DNA of 64,000 bases from Antedon mediterranea (Eukaryota > Animalia > Echinodermata): NCBI RefSeq assembly GCF_964355755.1, contig NC_092676.1:24880871-24944870 (forward strand), read 5' to 3'. This document shows positions 1-13,949 of the stretch, piece after piece (the stretch's first letter is position 1; the number at the start of each line of letters is the position of its first letter). The notes under the pieces were generated by a model, which worked only from the letters and a program-made list of their open reading frames with translations, searched no databases and was not told the origin of the DNA. Position numbers and translations under genes: made by a program.

Positions 1-1764
1 TTTGCGCGTGCGCGTGCGCGTACGTGACGAATAATACGACTTATTAGTGAAATCCAGAAATCCCTCTACTCCTCCTATCACATGGCAGGCCTAGTAAAGT
101 TGGTGAGCAATCTTTTGGCAGGTGAAACTGGTGTGCATCACCCGCAACACACGATGAATAGAGAAGATACAGAAAGAGGGAGAAACGTAGTAAATAATAT
201 ACAGAGAAGATAAACTAATGGGCTATAGCTACGAGAAGAGAAAACACTGCGATTATATTCTAAATCATGGTGGAAAATTTCCTTTATGATCCAGTGCGTC
301 CTCTCAAAATCAATTGGATCTTATTATAAAATGTTACATCCGGTCGTATTTGATAATTGGACATATTAAAGAATTTAATAATAAATCTGATAGTGGCGCC
401 ATTGAGATCAGAATTGACGTGCAACCACAATTTCCCAATTGCCGAAAAGGACGCTTGTCACATTCACAAAGAGAAGTATGGTTTCAAACTTTTTGGACAG
501 ATTTGCTTAGCTTAGAACATGAACAACAAAATTAAATACCGGTGGTTTTATGAAATTATGTCCAAACTATAGAGGGCTGTATAATATTTAGAAAATTACA
601 TTGAACTATAGAGGGCGCTGATAAAATTCTAAGGATATTGGCATATATGATATAAAATCCGCTGCCAACCCATTATTTCACATTATTAAACAATGCATAA
701 ATTGATTACTGTAAACATCTTACTCTTACATCTACCTAGAGTATTAAAACATACAAATATCGGGATATAATAATATTGGAAGACTCCAGCCATGTTGGGA
801 GGTCTGTCAAAGGTACGGAAGACGCGTATTTATAAAAAAAAAAAAAACACACGCTACATAATACATAGACAGCAATTGAAATGAAAGGGGTATTATGCGT
901 ATGGGCCTATAAGTATGATTCGCTATATCTATTCCCAATTCCTTGAACTATATCTTAAAAACGGTGTCATTCGATATTCATTATATTAATTGGGATACGT
1001 TAGTAACAAATAAATCGACATAAATCGATTTATGACTATTCTGTGTGATGACTCTTTATTAAATATAATCCTTGTAACTGTATTGATTTTAGTTGGTCAG
1101 TTTTATTACACAGTAGTATTTTTTACTGATACGCGATTAAGCTGAAGTACGGTAGTTACATATTAAAATTTTTATTACAAAATCGAAAATAAACACGGGG
1201 CATACTCTTTATTTGTGGTTCATTCGTTTCTCATCTTCAAACAGACTTAAAAGGCAATTTTCCCGTTGTGAAATATGCTATTTTTCTCGGATGAGTAAAA
1301 TTATGAAATGTGGAGAAATAACTTAATAAACCAAGCACAACTATGTGTTGAGCTGACAAATAGAGGAGGCCTATATCATGCTTTATAAGTATAACATGAA
1401 AAGGCATTTTCGAGCATGTCAAACATGAACAACGATAAAATACCAATCTTTCGTCGCCGACAAGACAGAAATCACTTGTAAATTTGTTCTGCTTGTTTGC
1501 CATTAAATCAATTACATGCTACACTTGGAAGGGTCCCCTAGGATATTTTCCAAGATGGTTATGTCTTCCAATGTTCAGCACTTGTTTTGCAGTGTAATCT
1601 GTTTCAAATATGGTGTACGGGCCTAACTTAGAAAGAAGTAAAATTCAACCAAACAATTGTATTAAAAAACGAAGATTGACTTTTAATCGTATAGGCCTAA
1701 TATAAATTATGTTTCAAACTCTACAATCAATAGTCAATCGTCCATGAAAACACGAGGAGGCACG

Positions 1765-2025
1765 CAGTTGACGCGCGCGTACAAAAGCCGTACCATTATC
1801 AGTGTTTGAACGCGCGCGTCAAAGGTTCACTATAATTAACAGATTGAACGCACGCGTCCTAAAAGCGGTACCATTGTTATCAGTGTTTGAACGCGCGCGT
1901 ACATAAGCGGTACCATTGGTGTCAGTGTTTGAACGCACGCGTATAAAAGCCATAGCACTGCCATCAAATTTTTGAACGCACGGTTACTATAACAGTACCA
2001 TCATTATCAGTGTACGAACGCACAT
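1765..2025. repeat. Degenerate ~41-bp tandem repeat (GTTTGAACGCGCGCGTAC...GGTACCATT..TCAGT), ~6 units
   Basis: Recurring TTGAACGC(G/A)CGCGT and GTACCATT motifs at roughly 40-45 bp spacing. Confidence 0.75.
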
Positions 2026-3267
2026 GGTGAATGTTCAAACTTTACAGATATACAATAAAGTACGGTAATGAATCCGGACAAGCATATCGAGTGATTTAAT
2101 TTTCTAATATCTTCAATGTATCCGGATTCGCTACGGTTGCTAAGTTGCCAGTAAGTAAACCTCTATAATATGAACCATTTGTACAGGTAAATGTGAATTA
2201 ACTTAATTTTATAGACAGGCCGCTGACGTGCATGGTTCAATTGACGTGGCTGAATAAGCGCAATGTACGGTTTATTATGGCTTGCCTGGTAATAAGTGAC
2301 GCGAGTGAAGACACGGACCAACATGGAAAAGAAATTCGTTAATTCAGGTTGTCCAAGCCGTGATTTAAGCTCAATTTTAAACGGGAATGCATCCGTAGCC
2401 TATATTAAACACAATGTAGGCCCAGCTAAATTGTGAAAAAAATTATTGCATCCCATAGGCCTACATGATATGTATGAAAGGCAAAAAACTAAAAAAAAAC
2501 AAAAAAACACACACAAAACGTGGTAGAAATAGAATTTTATTAAGAACAAAAAACATGTTGCGGGTGTGACCTGATATTCTTGTCTCAGGTGGGACTGTCA
2601 TTTCAATCCATCACGCAATCTAAAAGACTTTTGGGTACATAGTTTTTGAGAACCGAGTCATATAGTATGATCGATCAATTTCCGTATATCTACATGTTAC
2701 ATTGATGATACAATTAAAAAGATAACAAACATCAAATTGAATATATAAATTTGGGTCGCCTCTTAAGCGTTCTACTAACGACATAAAAAAACATCTTATA
2801 CATTTCCATTTCCCGTCTCTTCTTCTGACAAAAATGTTCAAGTAAAGTGGTATACTTGTAAAAATGCAAAGATTTATGGATCGGTAATAGCATTCGGATA
2901 GCCGGGGATGAAGGCGATTTCTGACGTTTTCGTTATTAAGAAGTTTTTGGACAAATGAGTTTTGCTACTTTGCAGTAGTAGCATTAACCTCGTAGTATGA
3001 CAGGGATTGGATGATGATTGATGGTTATAGTCAAATTATGTCATCTTCTGAAATGAGACAATTTTGGGGTTGAAACCAACGTTAAAATAAGAACATTTCA
3101 AAATTGACAACGTTTTACCGGTTCTTATCAAAAGTGCATGATCTGAAATTAATTGGGATAAATTAACAAGTACATTTTAAAGATATTTTATCAAAATATT
3201 ACTATATTATTACTTACAAGAACGATATAATTTATGATAATTCTTATTCATAAAAAAAAATACTAAA

Positions 3268-3305
3268 AGCTCTGTCCACACTATCGAACTTTATGTGACA
3301 AAAAA
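3268..3305. mobile_element. Harbinger-like MITE family 1, left-end fragment
   Basis: AGCTCTGTCCACACTATCGAACTTTATGTGACAAAAAA matches the left end of the full copies. Confidence 0.6.
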
Positions 3306-3994
3306 TATCCTATTTAGTCTGGTCTGGTGAGGCATTCAAAGGTCAAATGTGCAATTTTTAATGTCAAGAACGAATAAATGAGTATCTGTCTATACTAAAT
3401 TACTCTATAAGTTTTCATTGAACTGACTTTTATTACAGATTATTCATTCAATGAATTTCCGATTTCCTTACCGGCTATTAAATAAAAATCTTCTCTAAAA
3501 AGTACAGACACATTAAAGGTGAACTGGTCAAAAGAGCTCCTTCAAAGCTTCTAACATGATCACTGCCAATAAAAGATGGATCGTATAGCATGTCAATGGT
3601 TACGACTCACATTTTCCACTTCTTTTACATTAACTAATGTTTAATTAATTACTTTATTGACAATGACCATGAAACTACCTAAAGAGCATTTACAACGGGG
3701 CATGTTTATCATGACATTCACCCCTTTTGCTTGTTTTCTTATTTCCGCTAATACCTTTCCAAGAAATATTTTCTGTATTGCAATGATTGTTCAAGGTGTC
3801 CGAGTATAAATCTTAATTATTTTTCTCATAATAGTACAAACTTTGTATTTCTCTGTTCAACTGTTGTCAACACTGAACTGCAGTATTTTCTCTTCTAAAA
3901 GATAAAATAATTTTAATAACATTTTAATATAATAACAAACATGCAACATACTTTTAAATTGGTACAAGAACAGCATAATATAAGAAAAGTGTTA

Positions 3995-4150
3995 AGCTCT
4001 GTCTACACTATCAAACTAGTTTGACAAAAAAATTGTGATGTACTCAAATATGGTAGTGATATGCTCAAATATGGTAGTAATATAACATCATCATGTCCAT
4101 ATATGGGCACATCAAATGTTGTTACAAAGTTTGATAGTGTAAACAGAGTT
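3995..4150. mobile_element. PIF/Harbinger-like MITE family 1 (TIR AGCTCTGTCTACACTATCAAAC)
   Basis: Terminal inverted repeats, TTA/TAA-type flanks and an internal 21-bp CATATCACTACCATATTTGGG-type repeat; about 11 copies in the window. Superfamily is inferred from TIR and flank style. Confidence 0.8.
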
Positions 4151-4614
4151 TTAGTAGTAACTAAGGATAGCGTGGATATGAATGGAGGGGTCTTTCAATT
4201 GTAAAAGGTATAATAACTGTAATTACTAATGTAATACTGTAGCAAATCTTGTGTCTGAGGTATCATAACACCAATATAGTGCTTTACTTGACGTAACAGT
4301 TTTAAAGATATATTGTCCCCCTGAAAAATATTTGTTATTTTATTTTAAATTTGTTTTTGAATGTGTCATTTTATTGTATCAATTTCCCAGATACTAAATA
4401 TATTGAACCACATACAGCACAAATTATTAAGTACAGTATTATTATCAAGAAAATTATATAAAATTGATCTCGAGGTAATAAATCCATCCAGTCTGTCAAA
4501 AGGTATATTGATTTATTGAGTATTAAGATCACGGTCCACTGGGGCAGTGCAATGTCCTGTTAACCTATTATTAAACCAAAGCAATTGCTGATACTGTATG
4601 TAAATATAGGAATA

Positions 4615-4830
4615 GACTGTACAATGGTTACCAATTCAAGGGTCCGGGGTTCGAGTCCTGTCAGTGTCGGGATTTTTTCGAATGACAATTTATAACTCCA
4701 CTACCAAAGACTTGTAATAAGATTATGTAGAGTGTATGTTTGTTTTGTGAACAGGATTGCCACCTTTAAGAAGGAATTCGCTTATGGTTATCCTTGGCAA
4801 TTTGCCTAAAACATAAAAAAAATAAAAATT
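4615..4830 (+). mobile_element. tRNA-derived SINE
   Basis: B box GGTTCGAGTCC (~4648), degenerate A box upstream and an A-rich 3' tail (~4808-4828). Confidence 0.55.
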
Positions 4831-5185
4831 CTACAGCAGAGTAGTGCAATAATGTAAAAGATGTTTACAAGCAAGGACCCAAAATGGTCATGGAGCTAGA
4901 ATCGCCCAATTTGGGTCTGCTCTGACAGAAATTGTATATTGTACCTACAGAAGGCCATCGCAAAACGAAAATGTCCCTATTGTCAAGAACTGCACCAAGG
5001 CACATCGAATATTGAGTTTATTTCTATGCACATTTTTTAACTTTGGATAAGTAAATGTTGGTACTTCACCCAGGCATACTGTATGCCTAACCTTTAAATT
5101 GGAGTATTAAATTTATATAATGATTTGACAAGCATAAAATCAATACTGTACAATATACAAAAACAACAAATAGAAAAAGGGTTTA

Positions 5186-5341
5186 AGCTCTATCTACACT
5201 ATCAAAATACTTTGACAAAAAATGTGTGATGTGCCCAAAAATGGTAGTGATATGCCCAAATATGGTAGTGATATGACATCATGTCCATATATGGGTACAT
5301 CACATTTTTGACAAATAACGTTTGATAGTGTAGACAAGGGT
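5186..5341. mobile_element. Harbinger-like MITE family 1
   Basis: AGCTCTATCTACACTATCAAA ... TTTGATAGTGTAGACAAGGG with TTAA on both sides. Confidence 0.8.
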
Positions 5342-5659
5342 TAAGTCAAATACATGGCAGTTTTTTATAATGTAAAAATAACATACACATTATTATTATT
5401 ATTAAAATGAATTTACTATTTATGGCTAATGATAACCTATTTTCTAATTGTTTGTCCCTTTACCCACCCCATCATATTTACAACCCAGAGGAAAGAATAA
5501 AGAAATTCAATTAATTGGCAAATCTTCTGGGAAATTTAAGTCACGTTAAGAAAGTTTTCTAAATCAACCTCACTCATTGAAATAATTTTTTTATATGAGT
5601 CTTATAACAACTTTTTCAATAAAAATCATTATTTATAGAAAAATTGAATATTCATGCCT

Positions 5660-5832
5660 ATCAAGTAGAAGAGAGTGGGTTCAAATCTTGGTTGGGGTCG
5701 AGATTCGCAGAATCTGCTTAAGCATCTGGTTCAGAGTTTCTCACTTTCTATAAAATTTAAAATTAATACCTATATTAAAATGATGTACTCAGTGAGTATA
5801 CAATCTGAAGCAACATACATACATAATACATT
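5660..5832 (+). mobile_element. Degenerate tRNA-derived SINE with (ACAT)n tail
   Basis: GGTTCAAATC B-box-like motif (~5678) and an ACATACATACAT tail. Confidence 0.4.
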
Positions 5833-6024
5833 AGAATAGGGAGAATGAACAACTATAGAGTTAGTGATAGGTGTTATGGTGTTGAGGGATAAGTATCGGG
5901 ACACTGGTACAAACAAAATTATGCTTTCAAATAAATAATAAGGGCAAAATAAAATGAATCTTCTAATTCATCCAAGAGAAGCAAAAAAAAAAAAAAAAAA
6001 AATGTATTTATACAGAACTCTAAA

Positions 6025-6270
6025 GAGTGGTTCTGGTGGTAGAACGAGTCTTCTCGGATAAGGACTATAAACCGTAGGTCCAGTGTACACAACTTGCTCG
6101 TGTGCACTTTAAAGAACCTAGTACATCTTTCGAGACGAGTAGGGGGTTACCCCGGTGTAGTAGTACATCACAGCCACTGATCACCAACTGGGCCCTCTGG
6201 GAGATCAGTCTTTTACTGAAGAGGTCACCCAGTATAAAGATAAAACAAACAAACAAACAAACAAACAAAT
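6025..6270 (+). mobile_element. DeuSINE/Nin-domain SINE, 5'-truncated, (AAAC)n tail
   Basis: TCTTCTCGGATAAGGACTATAAACCGTAGGTCC ... TTAAAGAACC ... GAGTAGGGGGTTACCCCGGTGT resembles the Deu domain of AmnSINE1/SINE3 (compared from memory); (AAAC)n tail at 6243-6269. Confidence 0.7.
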
Positions 6271-6523
6271 ATAAATATCTGCCACAACTCTAAACAAGCT
6301 GATAAACAAATATAAATACTGTATTTTCTATATATGAATAATATAAAATATCTTATCGAAATGATATTGATTAAAAACAAAAATGAAAGATTCATTGAGC
6401 CGGATGACAGCTTCCTATAAGTATTATTTACACACTTCCGAAAAACAACATAAAAAGAAACTGAAATAAACAAGAATTTGATATTTTTTTAGGGGAGGGG
6501 TGTCTGGGTTGACAATGTACTTT

Positions 6524-7759
6524 CAGGGGCGCAGCCAGTGGGGGGGTCACGGGGGTCCTGACCCCCCCTTTTTTTTAGAAAAAATAAATAAAAACATGAG
6601 ACAACAATACAGATCAAATCATCCTGGAGATACTGTGGAAGATTACTACCGAGCAGTATTACCAAATCAACTTCTTGATCATTTACAAACCGAGTTAAAA
6701 ACCCGTTTTTCTACCGATAACAGGCCATGTTTTAAAATATTTGGCGTAGCACCCGAGTCTATCGTGAAGTGTAATGTTGAAGAAGTCTTCAAGGAACTTG
6801 AATTTGGTACGATGATCTGCCAAGACACGAACATCTTCATTCCGAGCTTCAGTGATGGAAGCGACTGTGTAAAATTAGCGGATCCAGATGTGTTCCCGAA
6901 TGTGCGTGCACTTCTTCTAATCGCGTAGGCCTATGCCCGTAACGTCTGCTGAAGCTGAGCGGAGTTTTTCGACTTTGTGGAGAACGAAAACCTGTTTGCG
7001 AAATCACATGTCTTATGAGTAGCTTTCGGGATTGTGCCTCATGAACATACACTTTAACATGAACATTAATACAGAGAATGTCATTCGCGAATTCTGTCTC
7101 CAAGCCAAGAAGAATGTTCCAAACTTATGATGCATCACACGATGTCTAGAGCGCCGTTATAGTAACTAACGTAAAATGTATGATAATAATTTAGAAGTTA
7201 GTTATTACAATTATGTATAAGCTATCACCTATACTATACATTCGAACAAAATAGTTATATTTTTAAACAAAATATTGTATGTACTGGGTATGATAAGCGT
7301 CTCACATACACACGGAGCCAAGATAGCTTCTTGGACTTGCACAGTGTATGAACTCTAACCTTACGGTTCTCATTTAATAATATCACTCCATGTTCAAATA
7401 ATTCCTCCTCTGAATTTACAGCCTCTCTACACAAATCAACAAACAAGCAAGAAAAAGGTGTTTGTCTGTGGCAGCCTGGAATATAAAAATGTTCTGTAAT
7501 GAAAATGAGAGTTGTTTTTTGTTTTCTTTGTTTCAGTTTATTAGTGTTAACATTGTCATATTTGTGTGTGCGTAAACCGATTCAAATGATCTAGATTGCG
7601 CTAGACCGCCAAAGCTTCCAGGGGGCTTCGCCCCCTGGACCCCAACCGGGGGCCCTTGGCGGCCCCCTGGCCCCCAGTCCATGGTTGCTCGCTTCGCTCG
7701 CAAAATACTCACATATTTGGTTGACCCCCCCCTTTAATTCTTTGCTGGCTGCGCCCCCG
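6524..7759 (+). mobile_element. Internally deleted hAT DNA transposon with transposase relic
   Basis: TIRs CAGGGGCGCAGCCAG / CTGGCTGCGCCCCCG; ACTTT duplicated on both flanks; GC-rich subterminal motifs. Confidence 0.85.
6596..7110 (+). pseudogene. hAT transposase C-terminal fragment (dimerisation domain; PRKRIR/Tip100-like)
   Basis: RQQYRSN..VEDYYR..LLDHLQTELKTRFS; DVFPNVRALLLIA; MPVTSAEAERSFSTLWRTKTCLRNHMSYE*LSGLCLMNIH, with stops and frameshifts. Confidence 0.85.
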
Positions 7760-7938
7760 ACTTTAACAGATTCACCTTTTTTCTCCCAATTGACACAATT
7801 AACAACATGTTGATCACTTGACCTTTTAAATACCATAGTGCAAATGTCATATTGACAGTTTTTGCATTGTACAACTGGACAAGGGAGTATCAATCTGATA
7901 TCTCTGTTGCAACTAGTGTTGTTCATGCCCAGGTGTTA

Positions 7939-8052
7939 AACTCTACCCACACTATCAAACTTTATGTGACAAAAAAATGAGATGTGCCCATATAAGAACA
8001 TGATGATGATATCACTACCATATTTAAGCATATCACTACCATATTTGGGAAC
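7939..8052. mobile_element. Harbinger-like MITE family 1, truncated
   Basis: Left end plus internal ATATCACTACCATATTT repeats; no right TIR. Confidence 0.65.
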
Positions 8053-8856
8053 ATTACTCGCTATCCAACAAAATTTGAACCAAGGTTCTTGGTTTGAATC
8101 TCAGTTGGGGCAGCTTTTTTAAATTCTCACACATTTCTTCATCTTTAAAAAAATTAATTTTAAGTATATTACAGGGCGGTGTTTTAAATTCCTTCTATGC
8201 CTTGTATAAATTTTAACTTGCCAATTCAAATTACTTTTAAATAAGTGCACATTTAAAGATTGTTCAACATAAGGATGTAAAAGATTCCAAAGGTAAAGTC
8301 TGAAAGACCATACTTAAAAAGAAACAATAGTGCATGCAGTGCGAATGGGTACTGAGTCACAATCAATACCCCAAAAAACAATTTATTTTTTTTATTTCTT
8401 AATTCTAACATAAAATGATAGGATAAAAACACAATAAAGTACCGAGACGGCAAACTTATTTCCATTGCTTGGTCCAATGCTTGTCTGAATAGAGTCTTTC
8501 TTGTAAAACATTAAAATAATTGGAAAATAAAATTAACATGTTAATATTGATAATGAAAGTGATGTTACAAAGAGTTGAGGAAACTTTTAGTTAAGCATAC
8601 ACTACCTGATGTCTGCTACCTTTCCGTTAATTTGCCAATTTTAAAATGAAAACTTTAGCAATGGAATCGAAATCATTTAATCTTGGGAATGGCGCCATGC
8701 AAAACGTCTTCTAAGGAGCTACACGGAAGGGAGGATCTGCGGAAGTAAACTTTTAGTGTGGGAGAAGTTCCGAGGTTTCCATTTAATTGCAGAGGTTTAA
8801 AAAAAATGAAACCTAAAAATCAATAAATAAAATCTGAGAAATCAATCAAACAATTA

Positions 8857-9011
8857 CAGTAAAACAATCAGACACCTTCATGATCCAACAAAATGTCCCC
8901 TTAATAGAGGTTTCTATTGAATAGGGGAGTTATCATAGTGGTAAAACATATTCCCCTCTCGTTCATTTGACAACAAAGTGTCCCCTTATAGGGGGGAGGG
9001 GGGATCTACTG
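8857..9011. mobile_element. pogo/Tigger-like MITE relic
   Basis: TA-CAGT...ACTG-TA ends with internal TGTCCCCTTA motifs. Confidence 0.5.
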
Positions 9012-10815
9012 TAAACAGTTACAACTTTCTGTATATAAGTCTCTTTATAGTTTTATGTGATATTACTGTAGTACAGTATGTCTCGTAATTTGATTTGTAA
9101 AACTGTGTTTGATAAATTGCTTTTGAATTCAAAATTGTATGTCAGCTGGTCTGACATTTTGCATTAGATTTTTTATAATATTAATAATAACCTTTTATAT
9201 GTTTTTGCTATGCATTTTATTTGCGAAATAAAAGTTTTATAATAAACCAACAAATGAATAACCATTGATATTAATCAATCAGTTCATTACAGTACTTGCA
9301 TGGTTGCAGTGTGTCTATTTCAAAACTTTGACACATGAATAGTAAAAACTAATCAAATTGTCACAGCATTGTATGTACACAGGTTCATCGAAAGTTTAAT
9401 TAAACTCTGAATCAGTTCAGGTCCTATGCTACAGGCACTAGCTTCAAAATACACGAGACAGACGCCTGCAAAGACAGTTTTGACTGAGTATGTTGCTAGT
9501 ACTAATTATAATTTTATCCATGGGTTTATGATGACGTGTTAATGTTTTGCAAAATCGTTATCTTCTATAAATAGATGTACCATACTGAGCATAAATGCAC
9601 TCCGATGTAAGCAGGGGTAAATGGACTAGTGGGTTGAAGGGATTGGTGGGTAAAGATACAGGGAGTGGGGAAGACAGAGAGTGGGGAGGGGGGGGGGGAG
9701 ACACATGATAAGGAGAAGTGGAGAAAATTATAATTGTTCTTTGTATTAAATTTTAGTGTATGTTATTAGAGGGGAAGGAATGTTGAAGGAAAGGGGAAGG
9801 GGAACGACAGTGGAAATAAGTTGATGTTGTACTTTTGTGTGTTTTTATCCTTAAATGTTCTTAGATCTTCAAAATAAATAAGTAAAAAAATTAATTAAAA
9901 ATTATTATCTCTGTCTGAGTGATATGGGTTTCCCCTATAAAAGATTAAGGAAAACTTTTTTTTTAAATAAGGTCGTCTGGGGTTATACGTCCCCCTTGGG
10001 GGAGTATAGTATAACTATATGAATGGTATAATGAAGAAAAGTCTGTTACTAAACATTGAATCTTTTAGGGAAATGAGGTCAACAATTATATACTTTAAAT
10101 TTAGTCTAGATTATAAATTAAAAATAGATTCAGAATACAAAATTTAGCGACATCACTTGCTGATAAACAGGGAATAACCAAAAATAAAGTTGGAATATCT
10201 GCTGCAAGGTCACGCATAATTATAATGACTTTTAGTATCATTAAAAGAACCCAATCAAATTGATCTTGGACATAATTGGCAACATCAAAGAGATAATGTT
10301 ACTCACTATTTGCTTAGGGTTTAGTCCTGATGGCGCCAGCAATATTATTAATCTCATGATCAAGGTCATTCTAGATTTCGCCCAGTAGCTTTATAAACAA
10401 CTTAATGTTTTTTTAATAAAAGGAAACACAATTTCATAATAAAAGTACTATTACAATTCAATTAATTTGTTTATTCATTAAGTGAAGAAACAAATTGTCA
10501 GGTATTATGTTTTTATGAAGTAAAATTAAGGCATTTATTAGTTACATTATATTTTTTCATGTAATAGTACAGTAGAACTCTTACATTTAAGGCCTTTATT
10601 AAATTATATTTTTTATATTTTTTCATATAATTATTAATAGTAATTATTAATATTACAATAGAACTGTTACATTTAAGGCCGTTATTATATTATATTTTTT
10701 ATATTTTTTCATATAATAGTAATTATTAATATTACAATAGAACCCCTTAATTTAAAGCATTTATATTAGTTATATTAGTTGTGTTTTCATATTCATTTTT
10801 TTATATAATATAATA

Positions 10816-11060
10816 CAGTAAACCCCCTATTAAGGGGACACCTTTGGGACACAACAAAGTGTTCTCTTAATGCATTCATTTATTCTTTATTTCGTAATCA
10901 AATGTACAAATACAGCGTTTAATACAGATACAAAGCTCTTAACTAACATACATAATACATATACATAATAAAACAATACATATAAAACTATATACAAAAA
11001 CCCATGGACCACAAACTGGTAATACGTGTACAAGTTAATAGAGGTGTTCCCTGAATACTG
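10816..11060. mobile_element. pogo/Tigger-like MITE relic (interrupted)
   Basis: TACAGTAAACCCCCTATTAAGGGGACACC left end; TTAATAGAGGTGTTCCC near 11035-11051. Confidence 0.45.
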
Positions 11061-11857
11061 TTAAAAAATCTATTTTCATTTGGTACGTCACAGTGGCTAA
11101 TAAAATTTAAAATCCCTGGCGTGAAACTAAACAATTTTTTTTATTTGGCATAAATGAAATTGTAAAAAAATATCGGTTTTATCGCATTCTTAAACATTGT
11201 CTTCATTCTACGATCCGGTCATAAATCCAACACACATGTTCATTGTTATGTAACACATTCTAGCATGAAAACAACTCGTTTGCGTCCGTATGTGTTGATT
11301 GAAGCTCTTCATATAAAGTATGTTACAAATTATTGAATTACCTCCCAGACAAACGTGAAGAACCTCACTAGTATTTAACATAGTGGGAACGTTCTGTCGC
11401 ATAACCGCAAAGCGGATTTTAGAAATAGAATTGTAAATTGACTGTATCCGGACTTCTCGAAAGGTTGATGGAATAATCAGGGGAAATTTGAATGTTATGT
11501 ATTTCCTTTTCATGACATAAGCAATGTGTTTACTAGATGTCAAATTATAATATACAATAATAAATACAACTTTAAGTTTAAAATGATCATGAAATACAGT
11601 AATTTACACATTTTTCACAAATTATAAAAAACTGAGGGAATTATTTTATAATAACTGATATTTCAATCATGTTTTTAGTAAATTTGGTCAAAATTTGAAA
11701 TAGCTAGTTAAATTTTATGGCAGTAAAAACAGCATAACGAATCGAATGGCACTCTCTCTATAGGCATTTTGAAATACAGTAGAGGCCCTTCTCATCTGAA
11801 CTGTTTAGGTGGTACCTCTAATTAGGACATGCTCATGAAATGAACTAATAAACCCCT

Positions 11858-12410
11858 ACTGAGAGGAGATTGCTAGTCTCAATAGCAATCTCCAGTATTG
11901 AGGGGATACTGCTATTGCGGGATACCATTATTGAGGGGACACCACTATTGTGGGGAGATCACTACTGAGAGGACACCACTATTGAGGGGACACCACTATT
12001 GAGTGGACACCGTTATTGAGTGGACACCGTTATTGAGTGGACACCGTTATTGAGTGGACACCGCTATTGAGAGGACACCACTATTGAGTGGACACCGTTA
12101 TTGAGTGGACACCGCTATTGAGAGGACACCGCTATTGAGGGTACACCGCTATTGAGGGTACACCGCTATTGAGGGTACACCGCTATTGAGGGGACACCAC
12201 TATTGAGGGGACATTGCTATTGAGGGGACACCGCTTTTGAGGGGAGACCGCTTTTGAGGGGAGACCGCTTTTGAGAGGACACCACAATGAGGGAACACAG
12301 TAGTCAGGGATATCGCTAATGAGGAGACACTGCTAATGAGGGGTCGCTATATTAAGGGGATACCGCTATTGGAGAGGGGACACAACTAATGAGAGGACAC
12401 CGCTTTTGAA
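11858..12410. repeat. 17-bp minisatellite (CTATTGAG(G/T)GGACACC(G/A)), ~30 units, inside a Tigger-like frame 11777-12459
   Basis: Visible tandem units such as GAGTGGACACCGTTATT; flanked by TA-CAGT (11775) and ACTG-TA (12456). Confidence 0.9.
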
Positions 12411-13949
12411 AAGATTCTGAAGAAGGTGTCCCATCAAGATGTTAAACATTAGTAAACTGTATCTACCACAATGCTACAGTTAAATAATACTTTAAAATAG
12501 CTACCACAATGCTACAGTAATATTTTTTAAATAGCTGACAAAAGAAAGTATTTTACAGTCTACAGTAAGCTTAGTTGTCAAGGCTCTCATATTTCAATAA
12601 TTAGAATCCATTTTTCAATCTATCCATTCCAATTTAGAGTACAGTAAGTTGTCCTAATCTGATTGACAACCATTAATGTGTTTCTTTATCACATACGATA
12701 ATTACCGATGACAGAACAGTGTCAATTATCGAATAAATCACTATAAATATTTCCAAAATCATCAGATTTATTGGACCAGGAGGTACTAAAATTAGGTTAC
12801 TAAGAATTCTTGGTTGTAACATTATTGGGAATGAATTATTTATTACGTCTCAAAGCATAACAACATAATCATGGTGAGGTGGTAACTATTACCATGAGGT
12901 GGTACCATGAGGTGGTACCTCCATGCTATTACCTAGTTATACAGTACAGGCCTGTAAAAAGACAATATCAATATCATACAAAATTATGATCAATGAGTGT
13001 GTTTTTGTTGTGACAATAATATTTTATTTTAGACTTAAATTGTTTAATAAACATAAAGTTATTTATAATATCCAGATATGAGTAGTAATTGGTAGAGTTT
13101 CTTTAAAAAAAAATTGATAAGTAATTTTTTTTTCTATGGAACAGAGATTCCAAAAATAAAAGATTGAATGAATGAATGAATTATAAATCTACTTCAATTA
13201 GTAATACACTACTAAATAACTATATATATATTTCAACAAAACTCACCTTTCTTTTTATAATTTTTCACCATATATCCTAAAGTTAAATTTTATAACTGGC
13301 AACACACTCTTAATTTCAAATATGTGTAATTTTGCATCATATTAGAAATAAAGGCGAAACCCAAATGACCCGAGGCAAAACTAATTTTTTTTTAAACCTA
13401 GAAAAAATGATAATTAATTTTAAAAATTTTTTATTTTTTGATATGTAGGTTATATATTTTGAAAAACTAAAATTGATGATCATAATATTATTTTAGAACA
13501 GACGCTAGTCCTCTGAACGGTTGATAGTTTGTAAATTGTATTAGAAATTGAAAGATTTACGGTCATACGGGCATTCAAATTATACTTTTATAGACTTTCA
13601 ACAGATGATATAGTTCAATGAGTAATCTTGTTCTGACGTTGATTAATTGATTGATCATCAAACGAATGTTGAAAACTAAAAATGGTACTCTAAGCCAATC
13701 TAAGCATCTTATGCACAATCACAACCAAATGCTAGCTCTTAAAGATAAACTGCCTCTCCTCCATAGATGGGAAAAATATTGCAGTAATTTAATTATCAAA
13801 TTTGAATAGAAGAACAACATCAGAAAACACAGCGACTACTGTATACTGTTACTGTATATTCTAAAATGTTCAGCCTCTGCTCTAATGCAATATCACTCAA
13901 ATTGAATGGCAAAACATGAAAATTCTGACTGAGTACAGTACAGTATCAT

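Noticed and set aside
82-535. Short plus-strand ORFs near the window start
   Set aside because: No recognisable homology or coherent exon chain.
11858-12410. CRISPR-like appearance of regular repeats (also at 29455 and 18380)
   Set aside because: Units are contiguous with no unique spacers, there are no cas genes, and the context is eukaryotic.
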